Shown here: positions 49,144 through 60,009 of the stretch, in pieces
Layout of the letters: every line of letters begins with the position of its first letter
Position numbering within the stretch: the first letter of the stretch is position 1
Source of the DNA: an uncultured delta proteobacterium
Lineage (GTDB): Bacteria > Myxococcota > Myxococcia > Myxococcales > Myxococcaceae
Assembly (NCBI GenBank): GCA_963713045.1
Contig: CAVQKE010000007.1
Coordinates: forward strand, 224,001-288,000
Length of the DNA: 64,000 bases
Direction: 5' to 3'
Notes under the pieces: generated by a model
The model's input: only the letters and a program-made list of their open reading frames with translations
The model's database searches: none
What the model was told of the DNA's origin: nothing
Made by a program: the position numbers and the translations under genes

Positions 49144-50355
49144 CGCGCCTTAGCAACGCCCGGTCATCTTCATCGCGCTTCACTTCAAGGCGGTGAAGGC
49201 CTGCCTACCGTCCCATTTCCTTTGCGAACTCGACGAATGCCTGCTCGATCGAGCGAGCCACAAGCATCTCGAGTGATTCCCGCTTCTGGCGACGTCGCCC
49301 GCGAATCAATCGCAGCAGCAGCCGCCCAATCGAGTCCCTCGTCTGCGACTTCGGCGCGAGTGCGGACAGTGTGTTGTTGGAGATGAGAGTGGCGGTTGAC
49401 ATGGTTTTCCCGTTGCGAGGTTGGCAGCGCCGGAGCGCCTGTGAATCAGTACGGAGGGGACAAGCGTTGTGACAGAACTTCGCCGGGCGTCCGAGACGCC
49501 CTTCGACCTCGTCTTCGAAGCCCGGCCCTGAGGCTCCGGCGCACTCCGTGGGCTCAGGGGCCCAGGCGAAGCGCACGAGCGCCGTGCAAAAGTTTGGCTC
49601 GGCGGCGTTTTCCTTGGGCGCCTCTCAGGGTTCGTCGTCCAAAAGGCCCAACTCCGACACTGGCTGAATGCAGCCGCATGCGTCGTGCAAGCATCCCAAG
49701 CGCGCTTAATCGTTTTCTGCAATGGGTGTTCTTCCTGGGCGATGGGTGCTCTGTCCGTCCGCTGGTCGGAAGGCAGAGCGGGAAAGCCCTGACCCCGGGG
49801 ACCGTTTCTCGAGGAGGCGGCCCCCGGGGTTTTCTTGAGAGGCTCGAGCTGGGAGAAGCGCAGCCCGGCTTCCAGCGACCGTTGGGATTTCAGGCCTAAG
49901 CCCGGCGGTCAGCATCCAGCGCCAGCAGGAACGGCATCACTGGACTGGTCCACTTCACGGGGAGTGCCAGGGCGTCGGTCACACCGCCTTCATTCGCTTA
50001 GGGCGGAGGTCCCTGAGGAAAGGACCGTCACCTCTAGGCTGCGGGAACATTCGCTGGTGTGCGTCGGTAGAGGTTTCCGTCAGTCGGGAGGGGGACAGTG
50101 CCCGACGAAGTACCGTCAACCTGGCCATGGGGCTCGCCCTCCCCTGCAGTCGCCTCAGGGCCACCCCCCCGGGCGCAGCGTCACCCATTGCCAGCGAGTT
50201 CAGAAGTTGCGGCGACTACGCGGCTGTGCTCGGTTTAAGTCCGATGAAGGTCGCCTTCGCCGCAGGACGGCGAGCGCGGCGCCCTTGAAAACGGACCCCT
50301 GGAAAATGCCGAGGGGCATAGGCCCGGGCCGGCGCAGCACGGGAGGTTTCTAACG

Positions 50356-50847
50356 TTGAAGACGAAAACGCTTCTCCACGTGTGCATCGCCCTCGGTGTC
50401 CTTTCTGGCTGCCCGCCGGGCTCCTCGCCGACTTCGGACGCGACGCTCAACTTCAGCGGCGTGTGGGCCGGAGACGCCGGTCCGAACCCGAGCGACCTTA
50501 AATTTCAGGCGAAGATTGAGATTCTGGACGACGCCGGGACCATCTCGGGTGAGTTCTTCAACGAAGACCCGGAGAAGCCGGGCGTCTACCTTCGAACCGG
50601 ACAAATTCGCGGCGCGCGCGACGGCGGCGTGCTGCTGCTGACAAGCGGGACGACCATCGACACTCCCGACGCGGGCAGGCTCGAGCCGCAGCCGCTGACC
50701 CTCACCTACGACGGCGGCTTTTTGGTCGGCGTGCGCGTCCTTCAGCTGCAGGGGCGGCCGCCAGTCAATGAATACCTCTTGCTCCGGAAGCAGCGAACGG
50801 GGCCCGCCGTGGCGGCACCGAATTCCGTTTCATCAGATGGCGGCTGA
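50356..50847 (+). CDS. lipoprotein, hypothetical
   Basis: VLSGC lipobox; GGAGG upstream of the TTG start. Confidence 0.65.
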   Translation: MKTKTLLHVCIALGVLSGCPPGSSPTSDATLNFSGVWAGDAGPNPSDLKFQAKIEILDDAGTISGEFFNEDPEKPGVYLRTGQIRGARDGGVLLLTSGTTIDTPDAGRLEPQPLTLTYDGGFLVGVRVLQLQGRPPVNEYLLLRKQRTGPAVAAPNSVSSDGG

Positions 50848-51867
50848 GCGGCTGGCGCGCTCTTCCAAGTGGCGCTTCAGGGCCACCGCGTTGTTTCGCT
50901 CGGTTTCCCGTGAAGCATAGACGAGGGTCACTGGGCGGCTTCGGACCTCGGCCACCAGGCGGTCGAGGGCAGCTGGTTGCGCCTCCAGCTCGCGGGCGTA
51001 CCGCTTTTGGAATTTCTCCCAGCGCTGCGGGCGATGGCCGTACCACCGACGCAGGGCGTCCGACGGAGCCAGCTCACGCAGCCAAGCATCCACATGCGCT
51101 CGCCGCTTGGTCAGGCCTCTTGGCCAAAGGCGGTCCACCAGCACCCGATAGCCATCCTCGGCAGCCGCGGCCTCGTAGACGCGTTTCACTCGCACCGAGC
51201 GGCCATTCATCAGAGCTGTCTGGGACGTCGTCGGAGGCGGAGGGAGGCCGTCGAGGAAGCGGACCGCCCCTGTCTCGAGTTCATACTCGGCGCCCACCAC
51301 GGCCACCCGTCCGGCGACAACCAGCTCCTCGAGCAGGCGGCTTCCATGCCGGAGGTGGGCCACGGAGGCCCGGACGTTGGCACGCATTGCCTCGCGCAGC
51401 AGACGCTTCGGGTGCCCAGGGCGGACCAGGTTTTCAATGTGTGGGGCGATGCGGTCGGTGATGGCACGGATGTTTTTCGACTCGGGGCCAAGACCAGTCT
51501 CAATGGCCTTCACGGTCGCGGCGATGGCCCCACAGCGGGTATGGCCCATCACCAGCACCAGGCGTGAGCCGAATTGCGAGGCCGCGAATTCGATGGACCC
51601 CACCACGGAGGGAGCGACGATGTTCCCGGCGATGCGGATGACGAAGAGGTCTCCGAAGCCCTCGTCAAACAGAATTTCCACGGGAGTCCGGGAGTCCGAG
51701 CACCCGAGAATGATGGCGAACGGGCGTTGTACCGCGGTGGCCAGGTGACGGCTCCAGGAGCGGGCGGGCGACTTGCCCTTGGCATTTCGAAACCGCAGGT
51801 TCCCTTCGGCGAGCCGCTGCAGTGCAACGTCCGGCGCTGGCGCGCTCGCATCCCAGGTGTGGGGCAT
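50833..51867 (-). CDS. beta-carbonic anhydrase fused to a DUF488 (YeaO-like) domain
   Basis: CSDSR and HTRCG Zn motifs, then VKRVYE..RVLVDRLWPRGL..LAPSDALRRWYGH. Confidence 0.88.
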   Translation of the reverse strand: MPHTWDASAPAPDVALQRLAEGNLRFRNAKGKSPARSWSRHLATAVQRPFAIILGCSDSRTPVEILFDEGFGDLFVIRIAGNIVAPSVVGSIEFAASQFGSRLVLVMGHTRCGAIAATVKAIETGLGPESKNIRAITDRIAPHIENLVRPGHPKRLLREAMRANVRASVAHLRHGSRLLEELVVAGRVAVVGAEYELETGAVRFLDGLPPPPTTSQTALMNGRSVRVKRVYEAAAAEDGYRVLVDRLWPRGLTKRRAHVDAWLRELAPSDALRRWYGHRPQRWEKFQKRYARELEAQPAALDRLVAEVRSRPVTLVYASRETERNNAVALKRHLEERASRSAAI

Positions 51868-51928
51868 GCGCGCAGCTTTAGCAGGCCGGGCGCGGGCAAG
51901 GCACGCTTCTGACAGCGTGCGGCCCCTG

Positions 51929-52291
51929 TCAGAGGAGGCGTCTTGGCGCGGTCCGACGTCCGCCAGCCGTCCCGGTATTCACCGTCGCCGATGGCTCCAC
52001 GAGCAACAGCTGGACCTCCTCCTCCGCCACCGGTCGGTGCTCGACACCTTTGGGGACGACGAAGAGCTCTCGGGGCCCCAGCTCGACGGCGCTCTGACGA
52101 AACTCGATGCGCAAGTGGCCCGACAGCACGAGGAAAAGCTCATCCGTCTCCGGGTGGGAATGCCAGACGAAGGCGCCCTGTAGCTTGACGAGGCGGACGT
52201 CGTAGTCGTTCAGCAGGGCCACCGTGAAAGGTGCCCACTGCTCGGTAATGGCCGCCAACTTCTCGTCCAGGTTGATTTTGTCGCTCACCAT
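51929..52291 (-). CDS. cupin domain protein
   Basis: FVWHSHPETDELFLV, VPKGVEHRP. Confidence 0.88.
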   Translation of the reverse strand: MVSDKINLDEKLAAITEQWAPFTVALLNDYDVRLVKLQGAFVWHSHPETDELFLVLSGHLRIEFRQSAVELGPRELFVVPKGVEHRPVAEEEVQLLLVEPSATVNTGTAGGRRTAPRRLL

Positions 52292-52418
52292 TTGAAGCAT
52301 GGCGGCCACGCTGGACGCTGTCGAGAGGCCGCCGGTGACGAGCGAGATGCTGCGGGCCGGCTGGGCCGCCGGGGTGCGCCTTGACAGGGCTGGCCGAGCC
52401 GACGAAAAGAAAAGCATA

Positions 52419-53396
52419 ATGAAGCTCGCGAGCCTGCGTGACGGAACCCGAGACGGGGCCCTGGTGGTGGTCCACCGCCACGGCCGCACCTTTGTTCCGG
52501 CCCGAGAGGTGGCCCGGACGCTTCAGGGCGCACTGGACAGCTGGGCGACTAGCGCCCCGCGCCTGCGGGCGCTCGCCGACTCGCTCGCTTCTGGCGCCCT
52601 CCGCGGCGAGCCTCTCGACACCCGCCGGCTCGCTGCGCCGCTGCCCCGGGCCTACGAATGGGTGGACGCCTCGGCCTACCTCAACCACGTTCGACTGGTG
52701 CGAAAGGCCCGCGGCGCAGAAGTACCGCCGACTCTAGAAACCGACCCGCTGGTCTACCAGGGCGGCTCCGGCGTGCTGCTCGGCCCCACCGATGACTTGG
52801 TACTGAAGGACGAAAGCTGGGGGATGGACTTCGAGTCCGAGGTGTGTGCCGTCCTGGGCGATGTGCCACTCGGCACCAAGGCCGCGGCGGCCGCCGAGCA
52901 CATTTGGCTGTTGATGGTGTGCAACGACGTTTCGCTGCGCAACCTCATTCCGGCCGAGCTGGCCAAGGGCTTCGGCTTCTTCCAGGGCAAGCCAGCCACC
53001 GCCTTCAGCCCTTTTGCCGTAACGCCGGACGAGCTGGACGGCGCCTGGCGGGACGGACGCCTGAACTTGCGGTTACAGACTTGGCTCAACGGCAAACTCG
53101 TCGGCGACACCGACGCCGGGCCAGAAATGCACTTCAGCTTCTTTCAGCTGCTCGAGCACATCGCCAAGACGCGCGCCTTCACAGCTGGGACCATCCTCGG
53201 CTCGGGCACCGTCAGCAACGCCGACCGAGCGCGAGGCGTCTCCTGCCTTGCCGAGCAACGGGTGGTGGAAACGCTCGAGGGCGGTAGCCCACGCACCCCC
53301 TTTCTGAGCGTCGGAGACGTGGTCGAAATCGACATGCTGGGACCGAATGGGGAGACCCTCTTCGGCCGCATCCGGCAGAGGGTGGTGGCAGGGTGA
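52419..53396 (+). CDS. fumarylacetoacetate hydrolase family protein
   Basis: MKLASLRDGTRDG, DFESE, NDVSLRN, ILGSGTVSN; lies in the tyrosine catabolism cluster. Confidence 0.92.
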   Translation: MKLASLRDGTRDGALVVVHRHGRTFVPAREVARTLQGALDSWATSAPRLRALADSLASGALRGEPLDTRRLAAPLPRAYEWVDASAYLNHVRLVRKARGAEVPPTLETDPLVYQGGSGVLLGPTDDLVLKDESWGMDFESEVCAVLGDVPLGTKAAAAAEHIWLLMVCNDVSLRNLIPAELAKGFGFFQGKPATAFSPFAVTPDELDGAWRDGRLNLRLQTWLNGKLVGDTDAGPEMHFSFFQLLEHIAKTRAFTAGTILGSGTVSNADRARGVSCLAEQRVVETLEGGSPRTPFLSVGDVVEIDMLGPNGETLFGRIRQRVVAG

Positions 53397-54037
53397 AGCT
53401 CTACAACTACTGGCGGAGCTCCTGCAGCTGGCGGGTGCGCATCGGCCTCTACTGGAAGGGGCAGCCTTTCAGCTACCTCCCGGTCCACCTCCTCAAGGAT
53501 GGGGGCCAGCAACGGGCGGAACCCTACGCGAGCCTCAATCCCATGCAGAGTGTCCCGATGCTTGAGTTGGACGAAGGTGGACGACTCATCCGGCTGGCCC
53601 AATCCATGGCCATCCTCGAGTACCTTGAGGAGCGCTGGCCGGAGCCGCCGCTGCTTCCAGCAGACCGCGTGGCGCGCGCCCAGGTGCGTCAGGCAGCCGA
53701 GATTGTTAACTCCGGCATCCAGCCCTACCAGAACACCAACGTCCAGAAGCGGGTGAAGCACGAGTTGCATGGCGATGAGAAGGCCTGGGCGCGGCACTTC
53801 ATCGCCCACGGACTTCGAGCGCTCGAGCCGCTGCTACAGTCCACCGCCGGCCGCTACGCGGTGGGCGACCAAGTCACCTTGGCCGACTGCTTCCTCGTGC
53901 CGCAGCTGTACCATGCGCGGCGGTACGAGGTGGACCTCAGCCCCTACCCCACCCTCATGCGGGTGGAGGCCGCCTCTGCCGTCTTGCCTGCCTTTGAAGC
54001 GGCCCATCCCGACCGGCAGCCCGATGCCGAAGCTTGA
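53393..54037 (+). CDS. maiA: maleylacetoacetate isomerase
   Basis: GST-zeta motif YWRSSCSWRVRI, SGIQPYQN. Confidence 0.95.
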   Translation: MKLYNYWRSSCSWRVRIGLYWKGQPFSYLPVHLLKDGGQQRAEPYASLNPMQSVPMLELDEGGRLIRLAQSMAILEYLEERWPEPPLLPADRVARAQVRQAAEIVNSGIQPYQNTNVQKRVKHELHGDEKAWARHFIAHGLRALEPLLQSTAGRYAVGDQVTLADCFLVPQLYHARRYEVDLSPYPTLMRVEAASAVLPAFEAAHPDRQPDAEA

Positions 54038-54057
54038 AACGACGAAGGAACAGCGAC

Positions 54058-55215
54058 ATGCCCAAACTTGAGTCCCTCGGAATTCTCGGCATCGAAGCCG
54101 CGCATTGGTACGTGCACGACCTCGAGCGCAGCCGTCGCTTTTACGTGGATGGGATGGACTTTGCGGAGGTTGGAGAAAGCGACCCGGAGCTCACCACCAA
54201 AGGTCGGCAGAAGAGCGCCGTCTTTGCCGCCGGGGACGTGACCCTCATCGTCAGCCAGCCCCAGGGTGAGGGCGGCCGGGCGTGGCGGTGGTTGAAGAAG
54301 CACCCGGACGGCGTCGGAACGCTGTGGTTTCGGGTGAAAGACGTCCAGCGGACGTTCCGTCTCCTCGAGAAGCGCGGGGCTACCATCATCGACGACATTC
54401 AACGCGTCACCGACGCGAACGGCGGGACGCTGGCCAGCTTCTCCATCACCACCCCCTTTGGCGACAGCACCTTCCGCTTCGTCCAGCGCGACGGGTACCG
54501 GGCGCTTTACCCGGGGATGGCATTGCATCCCAAGCCCCTGGGCGGGAAAAACCGCTTCGGGCTGACGCACATCGACCACGTGACGTCCAATTTCCAGACG
54601 CTGCTGCCGGCCATCCTCTGGATGGAGAACGTGCTGGGCCTTGAACAGTTCTGGCAAATTGAGTTTCACACCGGCGATTCGCAGGAGCGTTTCGAGCAAG
54701 GCTCCGGCCTGCGCAGCACCGTCATGTGGGACCCGGAGTCGACGGTGAAGTTCGCCAACAACGAGCCAAGCCGGCCAAACTTCAAGGCCTCCCAAATCAA
54801 CCTCTTCCATGAGGACAACCAGGGGGATGGCATCCAGCACCTGGCCCTGGCCGTCCGCGAGATTCTTCCCGCGGTGGAGGGCTTGCGGGCCACCAACCGG
54901 GTGCAATTCATGGACACCCCGGACAGCTATTACGACAACCTGCCCAAGCGCATTGAAGTGCTCAACATCCGCCGCATTGACGAGAACCCCGACGACTTGC
55001 GCCGGCTGCGCATCCTCATCGACGGCGCCGAAGAACATAGCTACCTGCTTCAGATTTTCATGAAGGATGCGGCGACGCTGTACCGAGAGACGGGGGCCGG
55101 CCCCTTCTTCTACGAAATCATCCAGCGCAAAGGGGACCGCGGTTTCGGCGCCGGCAACTTCCGCTCGCTCTTCGAAAGCATCGAGCGCGAACAACGGTCG
55201 CAAGGGAGGATTTGA
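54058..55215 (+). CDS. hppD: 4-hydroxyphenylpyruvate dioxygenase
   Basis: IDHV, GIQHLAL, FYEIIQRKGDRGFGAGNF. Confidence 0.95.
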   Translation: MPKLESLGILGIEAAHWYVHDLERSRRFYVDGMDFAEVGESDPELTTKGRQKSAVFAAGDVTLIVSQPQGEGGRAWRWLKKHPDGVGTLWFRVKDVQRTFRLLEKRGATIIDDIQRVTDANGGTLASFSITTPFGDSTFRFVQRDGYRALYPGMALHPKPLGGKNRFGLTHIDHVTSNFQTLLPAILWMENVLGLEQFWQIEFHTGDSQERFEQGSGLRSTVMWDPESTVKFANNEPSRPNFKASQINLFHEDNQGDGIQHLALAVREILPAVEGLRATNRVQFMDTPDSYYDNLPKRIEVLNIRRIDENPDDLRRLRILIDGAEEHSYLLQIFMKDAATLYRETGAGPFFYEIIQRKGDRGFGAGNFRSLFESIEREQRSQGRI

Positions 55216-55220
55216 GCCCC

Positions 55221-56390
55221 ATGCTCGAACGCCGCGTCGTGGGGACAGTCCCTGCCAAGCACCACATCCAGCTGCGCGGCCCCGGGGGTGAGTTGCGCTA
55301 CGAGGAGTGCTTCACCCAGGAGGGCTTCGAGGGGCCCTACACCATCGGCTACCACCTCAACCCGCCAAACACCCAGGCGCTGGCCGAGGTGAAAGCGGGC
55401 TGGACGCTGCCGGTGGCGGCGCCGGAACGCCGTCTCGCCAAACGGCACTACAAGACCCAGGAGCTCAAGCGCTCGGGCGGTCCGGCGGTGAATGCGCGAA
55501 CCCCGCTGCTCTTCAATGCCGATGTGACGTTGGGCATGGCCTACCCCTCGGCCGCGGACCCGGTGTACGTCGCCAACGCCGACGGCGACGAGCTTTTCTA
55601 CGTCCACGAGGGGGCGGGCACGCTGCGCACCGCCTTCGGCGACCTTCGCTTCCAGAAGGACGATTACGTCTTCATCCCCCGGGGAATGACCCACCGCTTC
55701 CTTCCCGATGAAGGCGTGCCGCAGGCGTGGCTGTGGATGGAGTTGGCCGGGCGGATGCACCTTCCGCGGCAATGGCGGAATGAGACTGGGCAGTTGCGGA
55801 TGGATGCGCCCTACTGCCACCGCGACTTCCGCCACCCGGAGTTCCGAGGGCCAGTGGAGGAGCACCTCCGGGACTTGGTGGCGAAGCGCAATGGGGCCTT
55901 CCACGGCTTTCGCTCCGCGCACTCGCCGCTGGACTTGGTGGGCTGGGACGGCACCGTCTACCCCTTCGCTTTTCCCATCCTCAACTTCCAGCCGCGGGCC
56001 GGCTTGGTGCACCTGCCGCCGACGTGGCACGGCACCTTCGCCACCCGCGGTGCACTCATCTGCAGCTTCGTCCCGCGGGTGGTGGACTTTCACCCCCAAG
56101 CCATTCCCTGCCCCTACCCGCACAACTCCATCGACTGCGACGAATTCATTTTCTACGTCAGGGGAAATTTCACCAGCCGCCGCGGCGTCGCACCGGGCAG
56201 CGTCAGCCACCACCCGGCGGGAGTGGGTCACGGACCGCACCCGGGCGCATATGAAGGGAGCATTGGCGCCACCCGGACGGACGAGTTGGCCGTCATGCTG
56301 GACACCACGCTGCCGCTGCACCCCACCCCGGCCGCGCTGGCGGTTGAAGACAGCGGGTACCAGGCGAGTTTCATCCCGGCCCAGCAGTAG
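55221..56390 (+). CDS. hmgA: homogentisate 1,2-dioxygenase
   Basis: [27 protein letters not shown]. Confidence 0.93.
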   Translation: MLERRVVGTVPAKHHIQLRGPGGELRYEECFTQEGFEGPYTIGYHLNPPNTQALAEVKAGWTLPVAAPERRLAKRHYKTQELKRSGGPAVNARTPLLFNADVTLGMAYPSAADPVYVANADGDELFYVHEGAGTLRTAFGDLRFQKDDYVFIPRGMTHRFLPDEGVPQAWLWMELAGRMHLPRQWRNETGQLRMDAPYCHRDFRHPEFRGPVEEHLRDLVAKRNGAFHGFRSAHSPLDLVGWDGTVYPFAFPILNFQPRAGLVHLPPTWHGTFATRGALICSFVPRVVDFHPQAIPCPYPHNSIDCDEFIFYVRGNFTSRRGVAPGSVSHHPAGVGHGPHPGAYEGSIGATRTDELAVMLDTTLPLHPTPAALAVEDSGYQASFIPAQQ

Positions 56391-56500
56391 AAGTGCTGGC
56401 GCGCCGGGCCGCCGTCGTCGTCACTGGAACGTGGCCGACCGCCGCTTGGCAAATGTGGTCTGTTCCCCATCGCCTTTTCAAGCAGGGAGCACCCTTCGCT

Positions 56501-58921
56501 ATGCCTTCTGACTCTCCACTCGGCGCTGAAGAACTCCGCCGAATGCACGCCTATTGGCGAGCCGCCAACTACCTCTCGGTGGGACAAATTTACCTGTTGG
56601 ACAATCCGCTGCTGCGCGAGCAGCTGCGGCGGGAGCACGTCAAGCCTCGGCTGCTTGGCCACTGGGGGACGACGCCCGGGCTCAACTTCGTTTTAGTCCA
56701 CCTCAACCGCGCCATTCGGGCCCGCGGGTTGGACATGATTTACGTCCTCGGCCCTGGCCACGGTGGCCCAGCCGCGGTGGCCAACAGCTGGCTCGAGGGG
56801 ACGTATTCCGAGCATTACCCGGACGTCTCCCGGGACGCGGCCGGGATGAAGAAGCTCTTCAAGCAATTCTCTTTCCCCGGCGGCATCCCGAGCCACGTGG
56901 CGCCGGATGTGCCGGGCTCGATTCACGAAGGGGGCGAACTCGGCTATTCGTTAAGCCACGCCTTCGGCGCCGCGTTTGACAACCCGGGCCTGGTGGTGGC
57001 CTGCGTGGTGGGGGATGGCGAGGCGGAAACCGGCCCACTGGCCACCAGCTGGCATTCCAACAAATTCCTCAACCCAAGCACCGATGGGGCCGTCCTGCCC
57101 ATCCTCCATCTGAACGGCTACAAAATTGCTAACCCCACCGTCCTGGCGCGCATCCCCAAGGCCGAGCTGGAGCAGCTGCTGTGTGGCTACGGGTACCAGC
57201 CCCTCTTCGTCGAGGGCAGCGAGCCAGAAGCCATGCACCAGCGCTTTGCCGCCACCTTGGATGCGGCCTTGTCCAGCATCGAGGCCATCCAGCGCCAGGC
57301 GCGAGCGGGGGGCACCCTGGGCCGACCGCGCTGGCCGATGATTGTCCTGCGCTCGTCCAAGGGTTGGACCGGTCCGAAGGAGGTGGACGGGAAGAAGACG
57401 GAAGGGTCCTGGCGCTCCCACCAGGTACCGCTGACGGAGGTCAGGACCAACCCGACGCACCTGCTCCTCCTTGAGCAGTGGATGAGGAGCTATCGTCCTG
57501 AGGAGCTGTTCGACGCCCAGGGAACGCCGGTGGCCGAGCTCTCCGACTTGGCCCCCCGAGGGAAGCGGCGGATGGGCGACAACCCCCACGCCAACGGCGG
57601 CCTGCTGCTCGAGGACCTCCGCCTCCCTGACTTTCGCGATTATGCCGTTGCCGTCCCCCAGCCTGGGGTCACGCAAGCCGAGGCCACTCGGGTGATGGGA
57701 GGCTTTCTGCGCGACGTGATGAAGCTCAACCTCGCAAGCCGTAATTTCCGCCTGATGGGCCCGGACGAAACGGCCTCCAACCGGCTGCAGGACGTTTTCG
57801 AGGTCACCGGACGCACCTGGGTGGCAGAAACACTGTCCGACGAGGACGAGGACGAGCATCTGTCACCCGATGGCCGGGTGATGGAAATCCTCAGCGAGCA
57901 CACCTGCCAGGGTTGGCTGGAGGGCTACCTCCTCACCGGCCGGCACGGCTTCTTCAGCTGCTACGAGGCCTTCATCCACATTGTGGATTCGATGTTCAAC
58001 CAGCATGCCAAATGGCTGGTCAGCACCCGCCACATCCCCTGGCGCCGGCCGATTTCCTCGCTCAACTACCTTTTGACCAGCCACGTCTGGCGGCAGGACC
58101 ACAACGGCTTCAGCCATCAGGACCCGGGGTTCGTCGACCATGTGATGAACAAGTCTCCCGACGTCATCCGCGTCTTTCTCCCGCCGGATGCCAACACCCT
58201 TCTCTCGGTGACCGACCACTGCCTCCGCAGCCGGAACTACGTCAACGTCATTGTTGCCGGGAAGCAGCCGGCGCTGCAGTACCTGGACATGGAGGCGGCG
58301 GTGAGCCATTGCGCCGCCGGCGCCAGCATCTGGGAATGGGCCAGTAGCGACGCTGGCGCCGAGCCGGACGTGGTGATGGCCTGCGCCGGAGACATTCCAA
58401 CGCTGGAGACGCTGGCCGCCGTGGATTTTCTAAGGCAGCACTTCCCGGACCTCAAAATCCGCGTGGTGAACGTCGTCAACCTGATGGCGCTTCAGCCGCA
58501 GAGCGAGCATCCCAACGGGATGACGGACGCCGTCTTTGACTCCCTCTTCACGGCCGACAAGCCGATTGTCTTTGCCTACCACGGCTACCCGTGGCTGATT
58601 CACCGGCTGACCTACCGCCGCCACAACCACGACAGCTTGCACGTGCGCGGCTACATGGAGAAGGGCACCACCACCACCCCCTTCGACATGGTGGTGCTCA
58701 ACCGCCTGGACCGCTTCCACCTCGCCGGCGACGTCATTGAGCGCGTCCCCCGCATCCGCGCCGTGGGTGCCCATGTGCAACAGCACCTACGGGACAAGCT
58801 GGTGGAGCACAGCGAATACATCCGCGCCTGCGGCACGGACCTTCCGGAGGTGGCCGACTGGAAGTGGTCGGCAGGCACGTCCAGCGGCCAAGCGGCGCCG
58901 GTGACTCCGCCTGGGGCTTGA
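56501..58921 (+). CDS. xfp: phosphoketolase
   Basis: [37 protein letters not shown]. Confidence 0.95.
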   Translation: MPSDSPLGAEELRRMHAYWRAANYLSVGQIYLLDNPLLREQLRREHVKPRLLGHWGTTPGLNFVLVHLNRAIRARGLDMIYVLGPGHGGPAAVANSWLEGTYSEHYPDVSRDAAGMKKLFKQFSFPGGIPSHVAPDVPGSIHEGGELGYSLSHAFGAAFDNPGLVVACVVGDGEAETGPLATSWHSNKFLNPSTDGAVLPILHLNGYKIANPTVLARIPKAELEQLLCGYGYQPLFVEGSEPEAMHQRFAATLDAALSSIEAIQRQARAGGTLGRPRWPMIVLRSSKGWTGPKEVDGKKTEGSWRSHQVPLTEVRTNPTHLLLLEQWMRSYRPEELFDAQGTPVAELSDLAPRGKRRMGDNPHANGGLLLEDLRLPDFRDYAVAVPQPGVTQAEATRVMGGFLRDVMKLNLASRNFRLMGPDETASNRLQDVFEVTGRTWVAETLSDEDEDEHLSPDGRVMEILSEHTCQGWLEGYLLTGRHGFFSCYEAFIHIVDSMFNQHAKWLVSTRHIPWRRPISSLNYLLTSHVWRQDHNGFSHQDPGFVDHVMNKSPDVIRVFLPPDANTLLSVTDHCLRSRNYVNVIVAGKQPALQYLDMEAAVSHCAAGASIWEWASSDAGAEPDVVMACAGDIPTLETLAAVDFLRQHFPDLKIRVVNVVNLMALQPQSEHPNGMTDAVFDSLFTADKPIVFAYHGYPWLIHRLTYRRHNHDSLHVRGYMEKGTTTTPFDMVVLNRLDRFHLAGDVIERVPRIRAVGAHVQQHLRDKLVEHSEYIRACGTDLPEVADWKWSAGTSSGQAAPVTPPGA

Positions 58922-58957
58922 CTGAACAAAAGTTCAGATGAAAGACTGCGCCCCGCC

Positions 58958-59989
58958 GTGGCCAAGCCCCGCCCCTGGTCCAACCCTCCCAACCCCTACC
59001 TGCCCACCGCCCTTGAATACGTCGGGGAGGTGCCGCGGGCCGAGGTGCGCGTCCACGAGGACGCCTCGCGCAGCATTCTCGCCCACAACGACAGCCCGGA
59101 CGTCGGCTTCCGCTTCAGCGTCAACCCCTACCGCGGATGCATGCACGGCTGCGCTTACTGCTACGCCCGGCCCGGGCATGAGTACCTGGGCTTTGGGGCC
59201 GGCACCGACTTCGACACGCAGGTGGTGGTGAAGCGCGAGGCGGCGCGGCTCCTCCGCGAGGCCTTCCTCAAGCCTTCCTGGAAGGGAGAGCTGGTGGTCT
59301 TCAGCGGCGTCACCGACTGCTACCAGCCTCTGGAGGCCTCGCTGCACATCACCCGGGCCTGCCTCGAGGTGTGCGCTGCGTTCTGCAACCCAGTCGCCAT
59401 CATCACCAAGTCCCCCATCATCGAGCGGGACATTGACGTGCTTCAAGAATTGCACCGCACCGCCTCGGTGGGCGTCGGGGTGAGCATCCCTTTCTGGGAC
59501 CAGGCAGTGGCACGGGCGCTTGAACCCGGAGTGGCCACGCCGCGGCGACGGGTGCAGACGCTGGAGACGCTGGCCAAGGCTGGCATTCCGGTGGGGGTCA
59601 GCATCGCGCCCATCATCCCTGGGCTCGACGAGGACGTCCCGCGCATCCTCGCCGCGGCAGCCGCCGCGGGTGCGACCTCCGCCGGCCACGTGCTGTTGCG
59701 GCTGCCGGGCTCCGTCGCGAAGGTTTTTGAGGAGCGGCTGCGAGAGGCGCTGCCGCTTCGGGCAGAAAAGGTGATGCACCGCATTCGCGAGACACGCGGT
59801 GGAAAGCTGTACGACGCGCGCTTCGGCGTTCGCGGACGGGGAGAGGGCGAATACGCCCAGGCCATTGGCCGACTCTTCGAGGCCAGCGCGCGCAAGGTGG
59901 GCCTGGGTGCCGGCGGCTGGGGCCTCTCAGAGCGCCCGTCGACCTTTCGCCGCCCGCCGCGGCCGCAGCCGCAGCTGTCGCTGTTGTGA
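58958..59989 (+). CDS. PA0069 family radical SAM protein
   Basis: NPYRGCMHGCAYCYARP, SGVTDCYQP. Confidence 0.92.
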   Translation: MAKPRPWSNPPNPYLPTALEYVGEVPRAEVRVHEDASRSILAHNDSPDVGFRFSVNPYRGCMHGCAYCYARPGHEYLGFGAGTDFDTQVVVKREAARLLREAFLKPSWKGELVVFSGVTDCYQPLEASLHITRACLEVCAAFCNPVAIITKSPIIERDIDVLQELHRTASVGVGVSIPFWDQAVARALEPGVATPRRRVQTLETLAKAGIPVGVSIAPIIPGLDEDVPRILAAAAAAGATSAGHVLLRLPGSVAKVFEERLREALPLRAEKVMHRIRETRGGKLYDARFGVRGRGEGEYAQAIGRLFEASARKVGLGAGGWGLSERPSTFRRPPRPQPQLSLL

Positions 59990-60009
59990 GGGGGGTTGGC
60001 CCAGAGGCC

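Noticed and set aside
53944..56321. Long antisense ORFs (419 aa and 403 aa) and similar shadow ORFs elsewhere
   Set aside because: They lie opposite well-supported genes (hppD, hmgA) and are expected in high-GC DNA.
52419..56390. Tyrosine catabolism cluster as a novel system
   Set aside because: This is the well-known homogentisate pathway; ordinary core metabolism.
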